DNA of 64,000 bases from Gemmatimonadales bacterium. GTDB taxonomy: Bacteria > Gemmatimonadota > Gemmatimonadetes > Gemmatimonadales > GWC2-71-9. Location: positions 1 through 64,000 of the forward strand of contig JBFJHJ010000011.1 in assembly GCA_041613315.1 (NCBI GenBank), in the 5' to 3' direction. Below, in pieces: positions 1-11,360 of this stretch (positions are counted from its first letter, which is position 1; every line of letters begins with the position of its first letter). The notes under the pieces were generated by a model. That model had not been told where the DNA came from. It made no database searches and was given only the letters and a program-made list of their open reading frames with translations. Position numbers and translations under genes: made by a program.

Positions 1-999
1 CGCGGCGTCGCGACGCGCGCGGCGGCCGGGATGCTCGCGCCATTCGCGGAAGCCATCGCCGATGATCCTCTCCTCGGCTTCGCCGTGCGCGCCCGGGATC
101 TCTACCGTGAGCTCGCCCCCGCCCTCCGGGAGGAGACCGGCATCGATATCGGGCTGCGGACCGACGGGGTTCTCCGCGTCACCTTCACCGAAGAAGAGGT
201 GGCGCGCGCGAAGAACGACGTAGCGTGGCAGCGACAGGCCGGGTTTCCGGCGCACTGGCTCTCGCCAGAGGAGCTCCAAGAGCGGGCGCCCGGGATCAGT
301 CCGGACGCCAGCGGGGCCGCCCTCGCGCCGGAAGACGGCTGCCTGGAGCCGGAGAAGCTCCACCGGGCTCTGCTCGAGAGCGCCACGGCGCATGGCGCGA
401 CCGTGCACCGCAGCAGCCGCGTCGAGGAGCTCCTCGTCGAGGACGGTCGAGTCGACGGCGCGCGCGGGCGATCCGAACGGTACGAGGCGGGCGCCGTGGT
501 GATCGCCGCCGGCTGCTGGTCGGGTCAGCTCCGCGGGCTTCCCCGACCGCTGTCGGTCGAACCGATCCGCGGCCAGATGGTGGCGCTCGATTGGCCGGCC
601 GGCGAGCCGTCCGCCATCGTGTACGGCAGCGACGGCTATGTCCTAGAACGCCACGGCCGGGCCGTGGGCGGCACGACCATGGAGCATGCCGGTTTCGACG
701 CGAAGGTCACGCCCGAGGGGGTGGCAGCGATCCTCCGAGTGGTGCGGCGGATCTACCCCGCCCTCGAAACCCACGGCGTGCGGCGCCAGTGGGCCGGGCT
801 GCGACCGATGACGCCCGACGGCCGGCCGCTGCTCGGGCGCGATCCCACGGTGCCGAATCTGTGGTATGCCACCGGCCACGGCCGCAACGGCGTGCTCCTC
901 GCGGGCCTGACGGGGGAGATCCTCGCCGGCCTCTACGCCGAAGAGTCGGTGGAGCACGACCTGCTGCCGATGGATCCGGCCCGCTTCTGGACGCTCTGA
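1..999 (+). CDS. thiO: Glycine oxidase ThiO / FAD-dependent DAO-family oxidoreductase (5' truncated by window edge)
   Basis: Frame open from base 1 (RGVATRAAAGMLAP); motifs WAGLRP, ATGHGRNGVLL, PIRGQM. Confidence 0.8.
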   Translation, partial: RGVATRAAAGMLAPFAEAIADDPLLGFAVRARDLYRELAPALREETGIDIGLRTDGVLRVTFTEEEVARAKNDVAWQRQAGFPAHWLSPEELQERAPGISPDASGAALAPEDGCLEPEKLHRALLESATAHGATVHRSSRVEELLVEDGRVDGARGRSERYEAGAVVIAAGCWSGQLRGLPRPLSVEPIRGQMVALDWPAGEPSAIVYGSDGYVLERHGRAVGGTTMEHAGFDAKVTPEGVAAILRVVRRIYPALETHGVRRQWAGLRPMTPDGRPLLGRDPTVPNLWYATGHGRNGVLLAGLTGEILAGLYAEESVEHDLLPMDPARFWTL

Positions 1000-1117
1000 C
1001 CCTGGGGGCGCCGGCCCACGGCGCTCTGCGATCTTCCCGCGGCGTTCAACTGTCCGGTTGAGCGACATGCGTTCGGTGCTGGTCCCGCTTCGGGTCAGTG
1101 GCTAAGTTTCCACGCTT

Positions 1118-2020
1118 ATGGAACTCGTTCAGTTGACGTCGCACCGGCTCTCCGCGACGGCGGCGCGCAAGCCCACGTGGCTCAAAGTGAAGGCGCCCGG
1201 CGGCCCGAACTACGTCGAGCTCAAGCAACTGATGCGCGAGCTGGCGCTCCACACCGTGTGCGAGGAAGCCCGCTGCCCCAACGTCGGGGAGTGTTGGGAG
1301 CATCGCACGGCGACCTTCATGGTGCTGGGCGACGTCTGCACGCGGAACTGCGCGTACTGCGCGGTCGCCCACGGCACGCCGGGCGCGCTCGATCCGGACG
1401 AGCCACGGCGGCTGGCCGAAGCAGTGGCGCGGATGGGGCTCGCGCACGTGGTGATCACGAGCGTGGACCGCGATGACCTGCCCAACGGGGGCGCGGAGAT
1501 CTTCGCGGGCTGCGTCGAGCAGATTCGTGCACGGCTGCCGGGGGCCTCGGTGGAGCTGTTGATCCCCGATTTCAAGGGCTCCGATGCGGCGCTCGCGATC
1601 GTCGTGGCCGCGCGCCCCGACATCTTGAATCACAACCTCGAGACGATCGAGCGCCTCTACCGGATCGCCCGTCCGGGCGGGCGTTATTCCCGGGCGTTGC
1701 GGCTCCTGCGACGGGCGAAACAGATGGACCCCGGCCTCATGACGAAGTCCGGCATCATCTGCGGGTTAGGCGAAGAATGGGACGAGCTGCTCACCGCCAT
1801 GCGGGACCTCCGAGCGGAGGACGTGGATATTCTCACCCTCGGCCAATACCTGCGGCCGTCGGCGGCCTATCTGCCGGTCGCCCGGTACTACACGCCCGAC
1901 GAGTTCGCCGAGCTCCGGGCGTTCGGGCTCGACCTGGGGTACCGCCACGTCGAGTCCGGCCCCCTCGTGCGCTCGTCGTACCACGCGTGGGATCAGGTGC
2001 AGCGCGCGGCCGCGGTCTAG
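1118..2020 (+). CDS. lipA: Lipoyl synthase
   Basis: [20 protein letters not shown] radical-SAM motif, VRSSY. Confidence 0.97.
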   Translation: MELVQLTSHRLSATAARKPTWLKVKAPGGPNYVELKQLMRELALHTVCEEARCPNVGECWEHRTATFMVLGDVCTRNCAYCAVAHGTPGALDPDEPRRLAEAVARMGLAHVVITSVDRDDLPNGGAEIFAGCVEQIRARLPGASVELLIPDFKGSDAALAIVVAARPDILNHNLETIERLYRIARPGGRYSRALRLLRRAKQMDPGLMTKSGIICGLGEEWDELLTAMRDLRAEDVDILTLGQYLRPSAAYLPVARYYTPDEFAELRAFGLDLGYRHVESGPLVRSSYHAWDQVQRAAAV

Positions 2021-2040
2021 GATCTTCGGAGATACGCCAC

Positions 2041-3039
2041 ATGGCACAATCAGCGACGCTGAGGGAGCTCGACGCCGACCGCGTGGAGTTCTACACACAC
2101 CTCTTGCGGCAGATGCTGCAGATCCGGCGCTTCGAAGAGAAGGCCGGGGAGGCGTACGCCCAGGGGAAGATCGGCGGCTTCTGTCATCTCTACATCGGCC
2201 AGGAAGCGGTGGCCGTCGGGGCGCTCGCCGCGCTGCGTGAGGATGACTACGTCTTCACGAGCTACCGGGAACATGCCCACGCCCTGGCGCGCGGGATGAG
2301 CGCCCGCGCCGTGATGGCGGAGCTCTACGGGAAGGCCGATGGGTGCTCGAAGGGCATGGGCGGCTCGATGCATCTGTTCGATCGCGAGCGGAACTTCCTG
2401 GGCGGCCACGCCATCGTGGGATCCCACATCCCCCTGGCCGCGGGCGCGGGGTTCGCCGCCAAGTACCGCGGGACGGACCAGCTCGCCATCTGCTTTTTCG
2501 GTGAGGCGGCGGTCAATATCGGCGCATTCCACGAGACCCTGAACATGGCGGCGCTCTGGAAGCTGCCCGTGGTCTTCCTCTGCGAGAACAACCGCTACGG
2601 GATGGGCACGGCGCTGGAGCGCGCCTCTGCCGTCTACGATATCGCGCAGCGCGCCTGTGCCTACGACATGGCATCATTGACCGCCGACGGCATGGATGTC
2701 CTCGCGATGTACGACGCCACGGTCCAGGCAGCGCAGCGGGCGCGGGACGAGAAACTTCCGACGCTCATCGAGGCGCGCACCTACCGCTATATGGGACACT
2801 CGATGGCCGACCCGATCCACGGGCACTACCGCACGAAAGAGGAATTGGAGGAGCAGAAGGAACGCGATCCGATTGCCAATCTGAAAGCGCGCATGCTAGA
2901 GGAGCGGCTTCTGGAAAAGGAAGCGTACGAACGCATGGAACACGAGGTGGCGGAGGAGATCGCGGATGCCATGGAGTTCTCGGACCGGAGTCCCGACCCC
3001 GACCCGGCCACGCTCTACGATCGCGTCTACGAGGACTGA
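2041..3039 (+). CDS. pdhA: Pyruvate dehydrogenase E1 alpha subunit
   Basis: [32 protein letters not shown] 2041 preceded by GGAG. Confidence 0.95.
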   Translation: MAQSATLRELDADRVEFYTHLLRQMLQIRRFEEKAGEAYAQGKIGGFCHLYIGQEAVAVGALAALREDDYVFTSYREHAHALARGMSARAVMAELYGKADGCSKGMGGSMHLFDRERNFLGGHAIVGSHIPLAAGAGFAAKYRGTDQLAICFFGEAAVNIGAFHETLNMAALWKLPVVFLCENNRYGMGTALERASAVYDIAQRACAYDMASLTADGMDVLAMYDATVQAAQRARDEKLPTLIEARTYRYMGHSMADPIHGHYRTKEELEEQKERDPIANLKARMLEERLLEKEAYERMEHEVAEEIADAMEFSDRSPDPDPATLYDRVYED

Positions 3040-3041
3040 CC

Positions 3042-4025
3042 ATGGCCACGATCACGTATCGCGACGCGCTCAATCACGCTCTGCGGGAGGAGATGGAACG
3101 GGACCCCGACGTCTTCCTCATGGGCGAAGAGGTGGGCGTGTACCAGGGGGCCTACAAGGTGAGTCGCGGCCTCCTGGAGGCGTTTGGGGAGCGGCGCGTG
3201 GTCGACACCCCCATCGCAGAGTACGGATTCGCCGGGATCGGCGTCGGCGCGGCGATGGCAGGGCTCCGGCCGGTGATCGAGTTCATGACCTGGAACTTCG
3301 CGCTCCTCGCCATCGACCAGGTGGTGAACTCGGCCGCCAAGATGTTGTACATGTCGGGCGGTCAGATCCCCATGCCCCTGGTGTTCCGCGGCCCCGGGGG
3401 CGCGGCGCTCCAGCTCGCCGCGCAACACTCGCAGGCGTTCGAGTCGTGGTTCGCGAACGTCCCCGGCCTCAAAGTGGCGGCACCGGCGACGCCGTACGAT
3501 GCCAAGGGGCTCCTCAAGGCCGCGATCCGGGACAACAACCCCGTGGTCTTTCTCGAAGGCGAGATGCTGTACAACACCAAGGGGGAGGTGCCCGACGAGG
3601 AGTACGTCATCCCGCTCGGCTCGGCAGACATCAAGCGTGAGGGAACGGACGTCACGCTCGTGTCCCACTCCAAGACCGTGGCCGTGGCGCTCAAGGCGGC
3701 GGAACAGCTCGAGGCGGAGCACGGCGTCTCGGCCGAGGTGATCGATCTCCGTACCATCAGGCCGCTGGACGTCGAGGCGATCACGATGAGCGTCCGAAAG
3801 ACGAACCGCTGCGTGATCGTCGAGGAAGGATGGCCGTTCTGCGGCGTCGGCGCGCAGGTCGTGGACGATATCCAGCGCGATACGTTCGATTACTTGGACG
3901 CGCCGGTGCTGCGGGTCACCGGCGCTGACGTCCCGATGCCGTACAACAAGCACCTCGAGCGCTCCGCCAAGCCGAGCCCCGACAAGGTCGTGCAAGCGGT
4001 GCAGCGCGTAGCCTACCTCGACTGA
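3042..4025 (+). CDS. pdhB: Pyruvate dehydrogenase E1 beta subunit
   Basis: [34 protein letters not shown]. Confidence 0.95.
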   Translation: MATITYRDALNHALREEMERDPDVFLMGEEVGVYQGAYKVSRGLLEAFGERRVVDTPIAEYGFAGIGVGAAMAGLRPVIEFMTWNFALLAIDQVVNSAAKMLYMSGGQIPMPLVFRGPGGAALQLAAQHSQAFESWFANVPGLKVAAPATPYDAKGLLKAAIRDNNPVVFLEGEMLYNTKGEVPDEEYVIPLGSADIKREGTDVTLVSHSKTVAVALKAAEQLEAEHGVSAEVIDLRTIRPLDVEAITMSVRKTNRCVIVEEGWPFCGVGAQVVDDIQRDTFDYLDAPVLRVTGADVPMPYNKHLERSAKPSPDKVVQAVQRVAYLD

Positions 4026-4042
4026 CACAGGCCGATTCGGCG

Positions 4043-5284
4043 ATGGCGACGAAAGTCTTGATGGAGGCGCTTTCCCCGACCATGGAGGAAGGCAGAGTCC
4101 TCACCTGGCAAAAGGGCGAGGGCGAGGCGGTGAAGTCGGGTGACGTGCTGGCGGAGGTGGAGACGGACAAGGCGGTGATGGAGCTGCAGGCGCGCGGGGA
4201 CGGCGTCCTGCGCAAGATCCTCGCCCCCGCGGGCGCCACGGTGGAGGTGGGGCGGCTCGTCGCCGTGATCGCCGCCCAGGACGAAGACATCGACGCCATC
4301 CTGGCCGAGGCGGGGGACGGAAAGAAGGCGGAGCGGGAGGCGCGGCGACGCCACGAGGCCCCGGCCCCGAAGCCGGCGACGGCCGCCGCGACCGCGGAGG
4401 CCCCAGCCGCGGCGAGGGCGAGGGCCGCGGACACCGATGACGGAGCGCGGGTGAAGGCCTCGCCCCTGGCACGCCGTGTGGCTCGGGAGCAGGGCGTCGA
4501 CCTCGCGCGCATCACCGGGTCCGGCCCCGGCGGCCGAATCATCAGGCGCGATGTCGACGCCGCCGAGGCCGCCCCCGCCGCCGCGGCGGCCATGCCCCTG
4601 GGCGGGTACCACGACGTGGAACTCCCCCAGATTCGCAAGACGATCGCGCGGCGGCTGGCCCAGTCCCTCGGCCCGATTCCGCACTTCTTCCTCACGACCG
4701 AGATCGACATGGAGCGGGCCGCCGAGGCCCGCGCCGCGCTCAACGCCCTCGAGGACGGCGTCCGGATTTCGTTCAACGACATCGTCGTGAAGGTCACGGC
4801 CGCGGCGCTCCTGCAGCACCGCGCGTGCAACGCCTGGTGGCAGGACGATCACATCCGCTATTTCAACGAGGTCCACATCTCGATGGCCGTGGCCGTCGAG
4901 GACGGACTGATCACGCCGGTGATTCGTGATGCGCACGCGAAGTCGCTCCGAGCCATCGCGGAGGAATCCCGTACGCTCGCCCAGCGGGCCCGGGAGCGGA
5001 AGCTCCGGCCCGACGAATACACCGGCGGCACCTTCTCCATCTCCAACCTCGGGATGTTCGACATCGAGCAGTTCACGGCGGTGATCAACCCGCCCGAAGC
5101 CGGCATTCTCGCCGTCGGCACGATCGCGGCCAAGCCTGTTGTCGAGGCTGGCGCCGTCACCGTCCGCAAGCGGATGCTCGTCACCATGAGCTGCGACCAC
5201 CGGGTGATCGACGGCGCCACGGGTGCGCAATTCCTGCAAACCGTGAAACGGATGCTGGAGAACCCGCTGGCGATCGTGTGGTGA
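4043..5284 (+). CDS. pdhC: Dihydrolipoamide acetyltransferase E2 (one lipoyl domain)
   Basis: EVETDKA lipoyl site, ASPLARR...GSGPGGRI PSBD, DHRVIDG. Confidence 0.95.
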   Translation: MATKVLMEALSPTMEEGRVLTWQKGEGEAVKSGDVLAEVETDKAVMELQARGDGVLRKILAPAGATVEVGRLVAVIAAQDEDIDAILAEAGDGKKAEREARRRHEAPAPKPATAAATAEAPAAARARAADTDDGARVKASPLARRVAREQGVDLARITGSGPGGRIIRRDVDAAEAAPAAAAAMPLGGYHDVELPQIRKTIARRLAQSLGPIPHFFLTTEIDMERAAEARAALNALEDGVRISFNDIVVKVTAAALLQHRACNAWWQDDHIRYFNEVHISMAVAVEDGLITPVIRDAHAKSLRAIAEESRTLAQRARERKLRPDEYTGGTFSISNLGMFDIEQFTAVINPPEAGILAVGTIAAKPVVEAGAVTVRKRMLVTMSCDHRVIDGATGAQFLQTVKRMLENPLAIVW

Positions 5285-5343
5285 GGAGCGGCGGGGGCGG
5301 CCGTCGCAGCATCGCGAATCCCTCGAACGACGGAAACTGAACC

Positions 5344-6738
5344 GTGTCCAAGACCTTCGACGTGATCATCCTCGGCGGCGGACCCGCCGGGTACGTCTGC
5401 GCCATCCGGGCAGCCCAGTTGGGACTCAAGACCGCGATCGTGGAACGCGAGAAGCTCGGCGGAGTGTGCGTCAACCTCGGCTGCATCCCGAGTAAGGCGT
5501 TGCTCCACAGCGCCTGGGTCGCCAACATCGTCCGGCACGATGCGAAGACCCTGGGCATCAACGTGGGGAGCGTGTCGCTCGACTTCGGCACGGCGATCAA
5601 GCACTCGCGCCAGGTCAGCGAGCAAAACTCGAAGGGCGTTGGGTTCTTGATGAAGAAGCACAAGGTCGAGGTGATCACGGGGGAGGGGACGCTCCAGCCG
5701 GGCCGAAAGGTCAAGGTCGGCAAGGACTCCTACACGGCGACCAAGGCGGTGGTCATCGCCACCGGCACGCGGGTGAAGGGCTTGCCGAAGGTCGGGCTGG
5801 AGCTCAACCGGACCACGGTCATCTCGTCCGACGAGGCGCTGTTTCTCAGCGAGGCACCCGCGTCCCTCGCGATCGTGGGCGCGGGCGCGGTGGGGATGGA
5901 ATTCGCCGACATCTTCAACGCCTTCGGGACGGCGGTCACGCTAATCGAGGCGCTCCCCCGGATCCTCCCCCTCGAGGACGCCGACGCGTCGGACGCGCTC
6001 GCCAAGATCTACAAGAAACGGAAGATCACGGTGCTCGCGGGTGCCACGGTGAAGGGTGCGAAGGTGACGCCGAAGAACATCACGCTCGAGGTGGAGGCCG
6101 GCGGGAAGACCGAGACCGTCGAGGTGGAGAAGGTCTTGATGGCGGCCGGCCGCGCGCTCAACACCGACGGCCTGGGTCTCGCGGACGCCGGTGTCACGCT
6201 CACCGATCAGGGCTTCGTACAGGTGGACCGGCACCTGCGCACCACCGCGGAGGGGGTCTACTGCATCGGCGACGTGGCCGGTCCCCCGATGCTTGCGCAC
6301 AAGGGAAGCCGGGAAGGAGTGTACGTCGCGGAACTCGTCGCCGGGAAGACACCTCACCCCATCCAGTATGACAACGTCCCCAGCGTCACGTACTGCCACC
6401 CCGAGGTCGCGAGCATCGGGCTCACCGAAGAGCAGTGCAAGGAGCGCGCGCTCGACTACGTGGTCGGGACGTTCCCGCTCAGCGCCAATGGCCGAGCCCG
6501 CGCCGCCCTCGAGACCGACGGCTTCGTCAAGATCATCCGCGACAAGAAATACGGTGAGATTCTGGGCGCGCACATCGTGGCGTCACATGCGAGCGAGATG
6601 ATCCACGAACTCGCCGTCGCCCGCGCGAACGAGTACACCGTGGAAGAGGTGGACCTCGCCATCCACGCCCACCCGACCCTGTCAGAAGCGGTCGCCGAAG
6701 CCGCGCTCGACTCGCTGGGCCGGGTGATCCACATCTAA
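5344..6738 (+). CDS. lpdA: Dihydrolipoamide dehydrogenase E3
   Basis: GGGPAG, GGVCVNLGCIPSK, HAHPTLSE. Confidence 0.97.
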   Translation: MSKTFDVIILGGGPAGYVCAIRAAQLGLKTAIVEREKLGGVCVNLGCIPSKALLHSAWVANIVRHDAKTLGINVGSVSLDFGTAIKHSRQVSEQNSKGVGFLMKKHKVEVITGEGTLQPGRKVKVGKDSYTATKAVVIATGTRVKGLPKVGLELNRTTVISSDEALFLSEAPASLAIVGAGAVGMEFADIFNAFGTAVTLIEALPRILPLEDADASDALAKIYKKRKITVLAGATVKGAKVTPKNITLEVEAGGKTETVEVEKVLMAAGRALNTDGLGLADAGVTLTDQGFVQVDRHLRTTAEGVYCIGDVAGPPMLAHKGSREGVYVAELVAGKTPHPIQYDNVPSVTYCHPEVASIGLTEEQCKERALDYVVGTFPLSANGRARAALETDGFVKIIRDKKYGEILGAHIVASHASEMIHELAVARANEYTVEEVDLAIHAHPTLSEAVAEAALDSLGRVIHI

Positions 6739-6741
6739 CCG

Positions 6742-7197
6742 GTGCCGACCTATGGCCCGGCCGCCGCCACGTCCCCTCGACTCTCGGCGTCTTCGCAGGG
6801 CGCCGTGACCCGCGATCCGGTGGCCCTCGCGCTGGCGTCCCTGGCGGCCGCCGCGTCCGCGGGCGCCGCGGTGATCACCGGCGGCCTCCTCGCGCTGCGG
6901 ATCGCCTTCGGCACGCCGCCCCCCGAGGCGAGCGCCCATGTCGTCTTGCCCGTCAGCCTCTTCATCGGCATCGTCGTGGCGGCGGTCGCCGGATGGCTCC
7001 TCGCGCGCGCCATTCCAGATCTGTTCTACCGCGGGCTCATTGCCGCCCTCGGCGTTTTCGGCGCCCTCCTGCTGGCCGCGCTGGCGGCGCCGGCGGACGC
7101 GCTCGGGCGGCGCCTGGGACTCGCGATGTACCTCGTCCTCCTCGTGACCCTGGGCGTTCTCGCCATGCGCAAAGCCCGGGCGGCGGCAGCCGCATGA
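6742..7197 (+). CDS. Hypothetical membrane protein (~4 TM)
   Basis: Four hydrophobic segments; fills the lpdA-lipB gap, ATGA overlap with lipB; start uncertain. Confidence 0.7.
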   Translation: MPTYGPAAATSPRLSASSQGAVTRDPVALALASLAAAASAGAAVITGGLLALRIAFGTPPPEASAHVVLPVSLFIGIVVAAVAGWLLARAIPDLFYRGLIAALGVFGALLLAALAAPADALGRRLGLAMYLVLLVTLGVLAMRKARAAAAA

Positions 7198-7901
7198 GCG
7201 CCGAGCTCGCCGTCGTGGGACTCGGCCGCATGAGCTACGGCGAGGCGCTCGACCTCCAGCGCGCGTTCGCCAGCGCCCGGATCGCGGGTACGATCCCCCG
7301 TGACCTTCTGCTCCTGGTCGAGCACCCCCCCGTCATCACGCTGGGACGGTCCAGCCGAAACGAGCACCTCACCGCCTCGGCTGAGTCCCTGCGCACCCGC
7401 GGCATCGAGGTCTTCGACATCGAACGCGGCGGCGATGTCACCTACCACGGCCCCGGCCAGCTCGTCGGATACCCGATCTACGACCTCTCGGAGCATCGGC
7501 GAGACCTCCACTGGTTCCTCCGCCGCTTGGAGGAGGCGCTGGTGCAGACGCTGGGGCACGTCGGCGTGTCGGCGGAGCGCCGCGAGGGCTACACCGGCGT
7601 GTGGACGCACGAGCGCAAGATCGCGAGCATCGGCATCCACGTGAAGCAGTGGGTCACGTGGCACGGTTTCGCACTCAACGTCACGACGGATCTGTCCGCC
7701 TTCGAGCTGATCGTGCCATGTGGAATCCCGAACGTGGTGATGACGAGCATCGCGCGGGAGCTCGCCGAGCGGACGCCCCGAGATGTCTGGGGACGGACGC
7801 TGGAGACCGTCGTGCTGGCCTTCGCCGAGGTCTTCGGGCAGGCACCGCAGGCAACGCCGGTAGAGGACGTGGTGGCGAGGGCCGCCCGGAGCGCGCCTTA
7901 G
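7194..7901 (+). CDS. lipB: Lipoyl(octanoyl) transferase
   Basis: EHPPVITLG, RGGDVTYHGPGQLVGYP, KIASIG, HGFALNV, PCG. Confidence 0.95.
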   Translation: MSAELAVVGLGRMSYGEALDLQRAFASARIAGTIPRDLLLLVEHPPVITLGRSSRNEHLTASAESLRTRGIEVFDIERGGDVTYHGPGQLVGYPIYDLSEHRRDLHWFLRRLEEALVQTLGHVGVSAERREGYTGVWTHERKIASIGIHVKQWVTWHGFALNVTTDLSAFELIVPCGIPNVVMTSIARELAERTPRDVWGRTLETVVLAFAEVFGQAPQATPVEDVVARAARSAP

Positions 7902-9280
7902 CCGGCTCCGCCGTTCGTCCCGTGCTGCAACAGCGTGAAGAACCGACCGAACACCCGCACACCCTTGAGAAACTGATCGACCGCAATCTTCTCGTTCGGG
8001 GCGTGCAGGCGGTCATCCGGCAGGCCGATGCCCGACAGCACGACCGCGGCCCCTCGGGACCCCAGGGCGGGCACCACCGGGATCGATCCGCCTGAGCGGA
8101 TCGGTACCATCCCTCGCCCTTCGACATCGCGGAACGCCCGATCCAAGTGGTCGAACACCGGCGCGGACGTGTCGACGAGCACCGGGTCCGCGCCGTGGAG
8201 GAACCGCACGGCGACCGTGGCGTACGCGGGGGCCAGCGCCTTGACGGCCTTGGCGAGCTGGCGCCGGACCGTCCGTTCCCGCTGGTTGGGCACGAGGCGC
8301 AAGCTCACCTTCGCGGTCGCCACGGCGGGAATCACCGTCTTCGCGCCGGCGCCGGTGAAGCCGCCGGTGATGCCATGGATCTCGAAGGTGGGGAGCGCCC
8401 AGATCCGCTCCAACACCGAGTACCGAGCGAGTCCGGTGACGGCCCGCCCCCCCACTTCCTGCTTGAGGAACGTTCGCTCGTCGAATGGCAGCTTGCCCCA
8501 CGCCTGCCGCTCGGCCTTGCTCGGGCGGGCTACCGCTTCATACAGCCCGGGGATCCGGATCCGCCCCCCGGGCGACTTGAGTCGACTCAGCAGACGAACG
8601 AGCTCTTCGTGCGCGTTCGGGGCGACGCCGCCGTACAGGCCCGAGTGGAGGTCGCTGGCGAGCGTTCGCAGCTCGATCTCGGCGTAGCAGAGGCCGCGGA
8701 GCCCCACTTCGACGGCCGGCCACCCGGGGGCGTAGTAGGGCATGTCGGCGATCAGGACCGCATCCGCGTGGACCAGGTCGGAGCGCCGCTCCAGCAGCTC
8801 GAACAGCACCTTACTGCCGGACTCCTCCTGACCCTCGATCAGGAAACGGATGTTGATGGGCGGAGGGCGGTCACGACTCACCGCCTCGAAGGCCTTGACG
8901 ATCGCAAAGACCTGCCCTTTGTCGTCGGTCGCCCCCCGGGCATACAGGTTGCCATCCCGCTGCGTGGGCTCGAAGGGCGGTGACTCCCACAGCTCCAGGG
9001 GATCGGGCGGTTGCACATCATAGTGGCCGTAGACCAGCACGGTGGGTGCGCCGGGGACCGCCGGGCCCTCCCCCCACACGATGGGATGCGTCTCGCTCGC
9101 CAGCAGCTCGACGTTACGGCAGCCCAGTCCCCGCAGATGCTCGGCCAGCCAGGTCGCCGCCCGGCGGCAATCGCCGGCATGCGCCGGGTCCGTCGAAACG
9201 CTGGGCACGCGGAGCAACTCGGTCAGCTCCCGAAGGAACCGGTCGCGATGGCTCGCGACGAAACGGTCGATCGGCGTCAT
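7898..9280 (-). CDS. M20 family dipeptidase
   Basis: YGHYDVQP, RGATDDKG, EGQEESGS, DLHSG, HAPNE; ATG 9280 preferred over GTG 9286. Confidence 0.92.
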   Translation of the reverse strand: MTPIDRFVASHRDRFLRELTELLRVPSVSTDPAHAGDCRRAATWLAEHLRGLGCRNVELLASETHPIVWGEGPAVPGAPTVLVYGHYDVQPPDPLELWESPPFEPTQRDGNLYARGATDDKGQVFAIVKAFEAVSRDRPPPINIRFLIEGQEESGSKVLFELLERRSDLVHADAVLIADMPYYAPGWPAVEVGLRGLCYAEIELRTLASDLHSGLYGGVAPNAHEELVRLLSRLKSPGGRIRIPGLYEAVARPSKAERQAWGKLPFDERTFLKQEVGGRAVTGLARYSVLERIWALPTFEIHGITGGFTGAGAKTVIPAVATAKVSLRLVPNQRERTVRRQLAKAVKALAPAYATVAVRFLHGADPVLVDTSAPVFDHLDRAFRDVEGRGMVPIRSGGSIPVVPALGSRGAAVVLSGIGLPDDRLHAPNEKIAVDQFLKGVRVFGRFFTLLQHGTNGGAG

Positions 9281-9311
9281 GGGCACGGAATATACCGCCC
9301 TGCACGCGGCT

Positions 9312-10406
9312 TCAGGGCGCGCCCTTCACCGCCAGGCGGCTCAGCGCCGCGAACGGATCCGACGCTCCGTCTCCTTGGACCGCGCGGGCAATGCGCCGGA
9401 TCGCCCCCGGCAGATCCCCGTCGGCGGCGTCCAACACGGCGTCGAACCGCTCGAGCTCCGCGCGGTAGATCCTCGCGCCGATGATGCTCGCGTTATTGAG
9501 CGTGAGCTGCGCGAGGCGTTGCGGCCGGTACACTTCGAACTCCCCGCCCGCCAGTGCGGCGCGGGCATTGGCAATCACCACGTCGCGCGCCGCCAGCAAC
9601 TCGTGCTCGGGCCGGTCCGACGCGTACAGCGTCTCCAGCTCGCCCGACAGCGCCCGGTAGAAGCGGCCGAGCCGCTGTTCGTCGCGCCACAGAGAAGCCG
9701 CCCGATGCGCCCCGACCGTATCGCCTCTGCTGCGGAACAAGAGCTCCGACCCGCGGGCCCCGACGAATGACGCGAAGCTCTCGTCGAACGCCGTTTGGCC
9801 CGGCACGTACACGGTGTTGTGCGCGATCTCGTGCAGGACGAGCTGTGCCAGGAGGACGTGATCGTCGCTCACGGCGGTCGAGAGCAACGGGTCTTCGAAC
9901 CAGCCGAGCGTCGAAAACGCCGATGCGGGCCGGAGGTAGACGTCATAGCCGCGCGCTTCCAGCTGCGCAGCGGCCGCGCGCGCGGCGTCGCGATCGAAGA
10001 AGCCCTTGTAGGGCACCGTGCCCACGATCGGGTAGCGCCAGGTGTAGGGCGCGAGCCGGGTCTTGGGGCTCGCGGTCAACACGAGCAGCAGCGTATCCCG
10101 GCCGACCTCCGCAAAGGTCGTGTACGTCCGACCCGCCGCGAGGCCGAGGGAGTCGGCGGCGAACGCTCGAGCCTCGAGCACCAGGGCGAGCTGCGCTCGG
10201 CGCGCGGGCGACGTGGCCGTGTCTGCGAGGAGCGCGGTGATCGGTCGGCGGCGCAACAGAATACGCGCCTCTTCGTAGCCGGCGCGAAGGAGAAAACGCA
10301 CCTCTCGGCTCAAGGCCGCGGTCAGCAGGCCCGCCGACACGAGCGCGATCGCGCCGCCCGCCGCGATCCAGCGCCACCGCCGGCGCGCCGACGGTGAGCC
10401 CGTCAC
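9312..10406 (-). CDS. Predicted Zn-dependent aminopeptidase (DUF2265-like), N-terminal TM/signal
   Basis: [38 protein letters not shown]. Confidence 0.85.
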   Translation of the reverse strand: MTGSPSARRRWRWIAAGGAIALVSAGLLTAALSREVRFLLRAGYEEARILLRRRPITALLADTATSPARRAQLALVLEARAFAADSLGLAAGRTYTTFAEVGRDTLLLVLTASPKTRLAPYTWRYPIVGTVPYKGFFDRDAARAAAAQLEARGYDVYLRPASAFSTLGWFEDPLLSTAVSDDHVLLAQLVLHEIAHNTVYVPGQTAFDESFASFVGARGSELLFRSRGDTVGAHRAASLWRDEQRLGRFYRALSGELETLYASDRPEHELLAARDVVIANARAALAGGEFEVYRPQRLAQLTLNNASIIGARIYRAELERFDAVLDAADGDLPGAIRRIARAVQGDGASDPFAALSRLAVKGAP

Positions 10407-11353
10407 AGCGTGAGGCGGAGACCCAGCCGGTGCGCTGCCCGGTCCAGCACGTCCGCCTGTTGGTAGGCGTAATCGACGTTGAGCCGGGTGAACGCGAGGG
10501 TGGCGCCGAACGTCCCCTGCGATCGGCCCTCGACGATCGGCCGCGATCCCCAGGCGAACCGCCCGATGAGCCCCACCCCGCCCACGACCACCCCGGCCTC
10601 ACCCCCCAGCACGAGACGGGAGCCCTCGTCTTGCGGCCACTGCACCTCGAGCGTCGAGAGGAGTCGGAACTCCTCCTGGGGATCCACGTAGTTCATCGTG
10701 AACCCAAAACGGGTGAGCCGCGGCATGGTCAGCGGCGACGACCCTTCCCAGTTGTCACTGACGTTCTGGACCGCAAACGCCAGCGCCATGATGTCGAACA
10801 GGGCGATCGCCACACCGATGTCCGCGGTGTACGCACGGCTGTCGGTGGCGCCCGCCCGGCGGCGTACGTGCTTGACGCTGGTGCCGAGGGCGATGAGGCC
10901 GAACCGATAGACCAGCGATCCTACCGCCAGGAGCTCGTCGGCCTCGGGCGCCGCCGCTGGTCCGGCGTAGCGCGCGGGGTCGATCCCGAAGTCAAACCGC
11001 TGCAGCCCGACGCCGATGTCGAACTGGCGCAGCCGCCAGGCCAACGCGCCCGTGGCCACCCACGCGTCACCAGGTGCCGCTCGGTACGCTCCCTCGAGCG
11101 CGACGTTTGCCAGTGTCGCGAGTCCGGCCGGATTCGTGAAGACGGCGCCAGCATCCCCTACGAGCGCCACACCGGCGCCGTTCAGCGCCGCGCTCCGCAC
11201 CGACGCTGGCTGGAACAGCACGAGAGGAACGAGGCGAGGAGTGGTCTGGGCCAGCGCGGTCCCGGGCGCGAGGGCGAGGGGGATCAGCGGGAGCGCGCAC
11301 AGCGGCGCGTGGCGGCCCGCCCACCGGGCGCGCCGCGCCTGCCCGTCGCTCAC
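10403..11353 (-). CDS. PorV/PorQ/FadL-like outer-membrane beta-barrel
   Basis: Signal peptide; [30 protein letters not shown]-terminal motif; C-terminal beta strand HRLGLRLTL. Confidence 0.7.
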   Translation of the reverse strand: MSDGQARRARWAGRHAPLCALPLIPLALAPGTALAQTTPRLVPLVLFQPASVRSAALNGAGVALVGDAGAVFTNPAGLATLANVALEGAYRAAPGDAWVATGALAWRLRQFDIGVGLQRFDFGIDPARYAGPAAAPEADELLAVGSLVYRFGLIALGTSVKHVRRRAGATDSRAYTADIGVAIALFDIMALAFAVQNVSDNWEGSSPLTMPRLTRFGFTMNYVDPQEEFRLLSTLEVQWPQDEGSRLVLGGEAGVVVGGVGLIGRFAWGSRPIVEGRSQGTFGATLAFTRLNVDYAYQQADVLDRAAHRLGLRLTL

Positions 11354-11360
11354 GGGGGCC

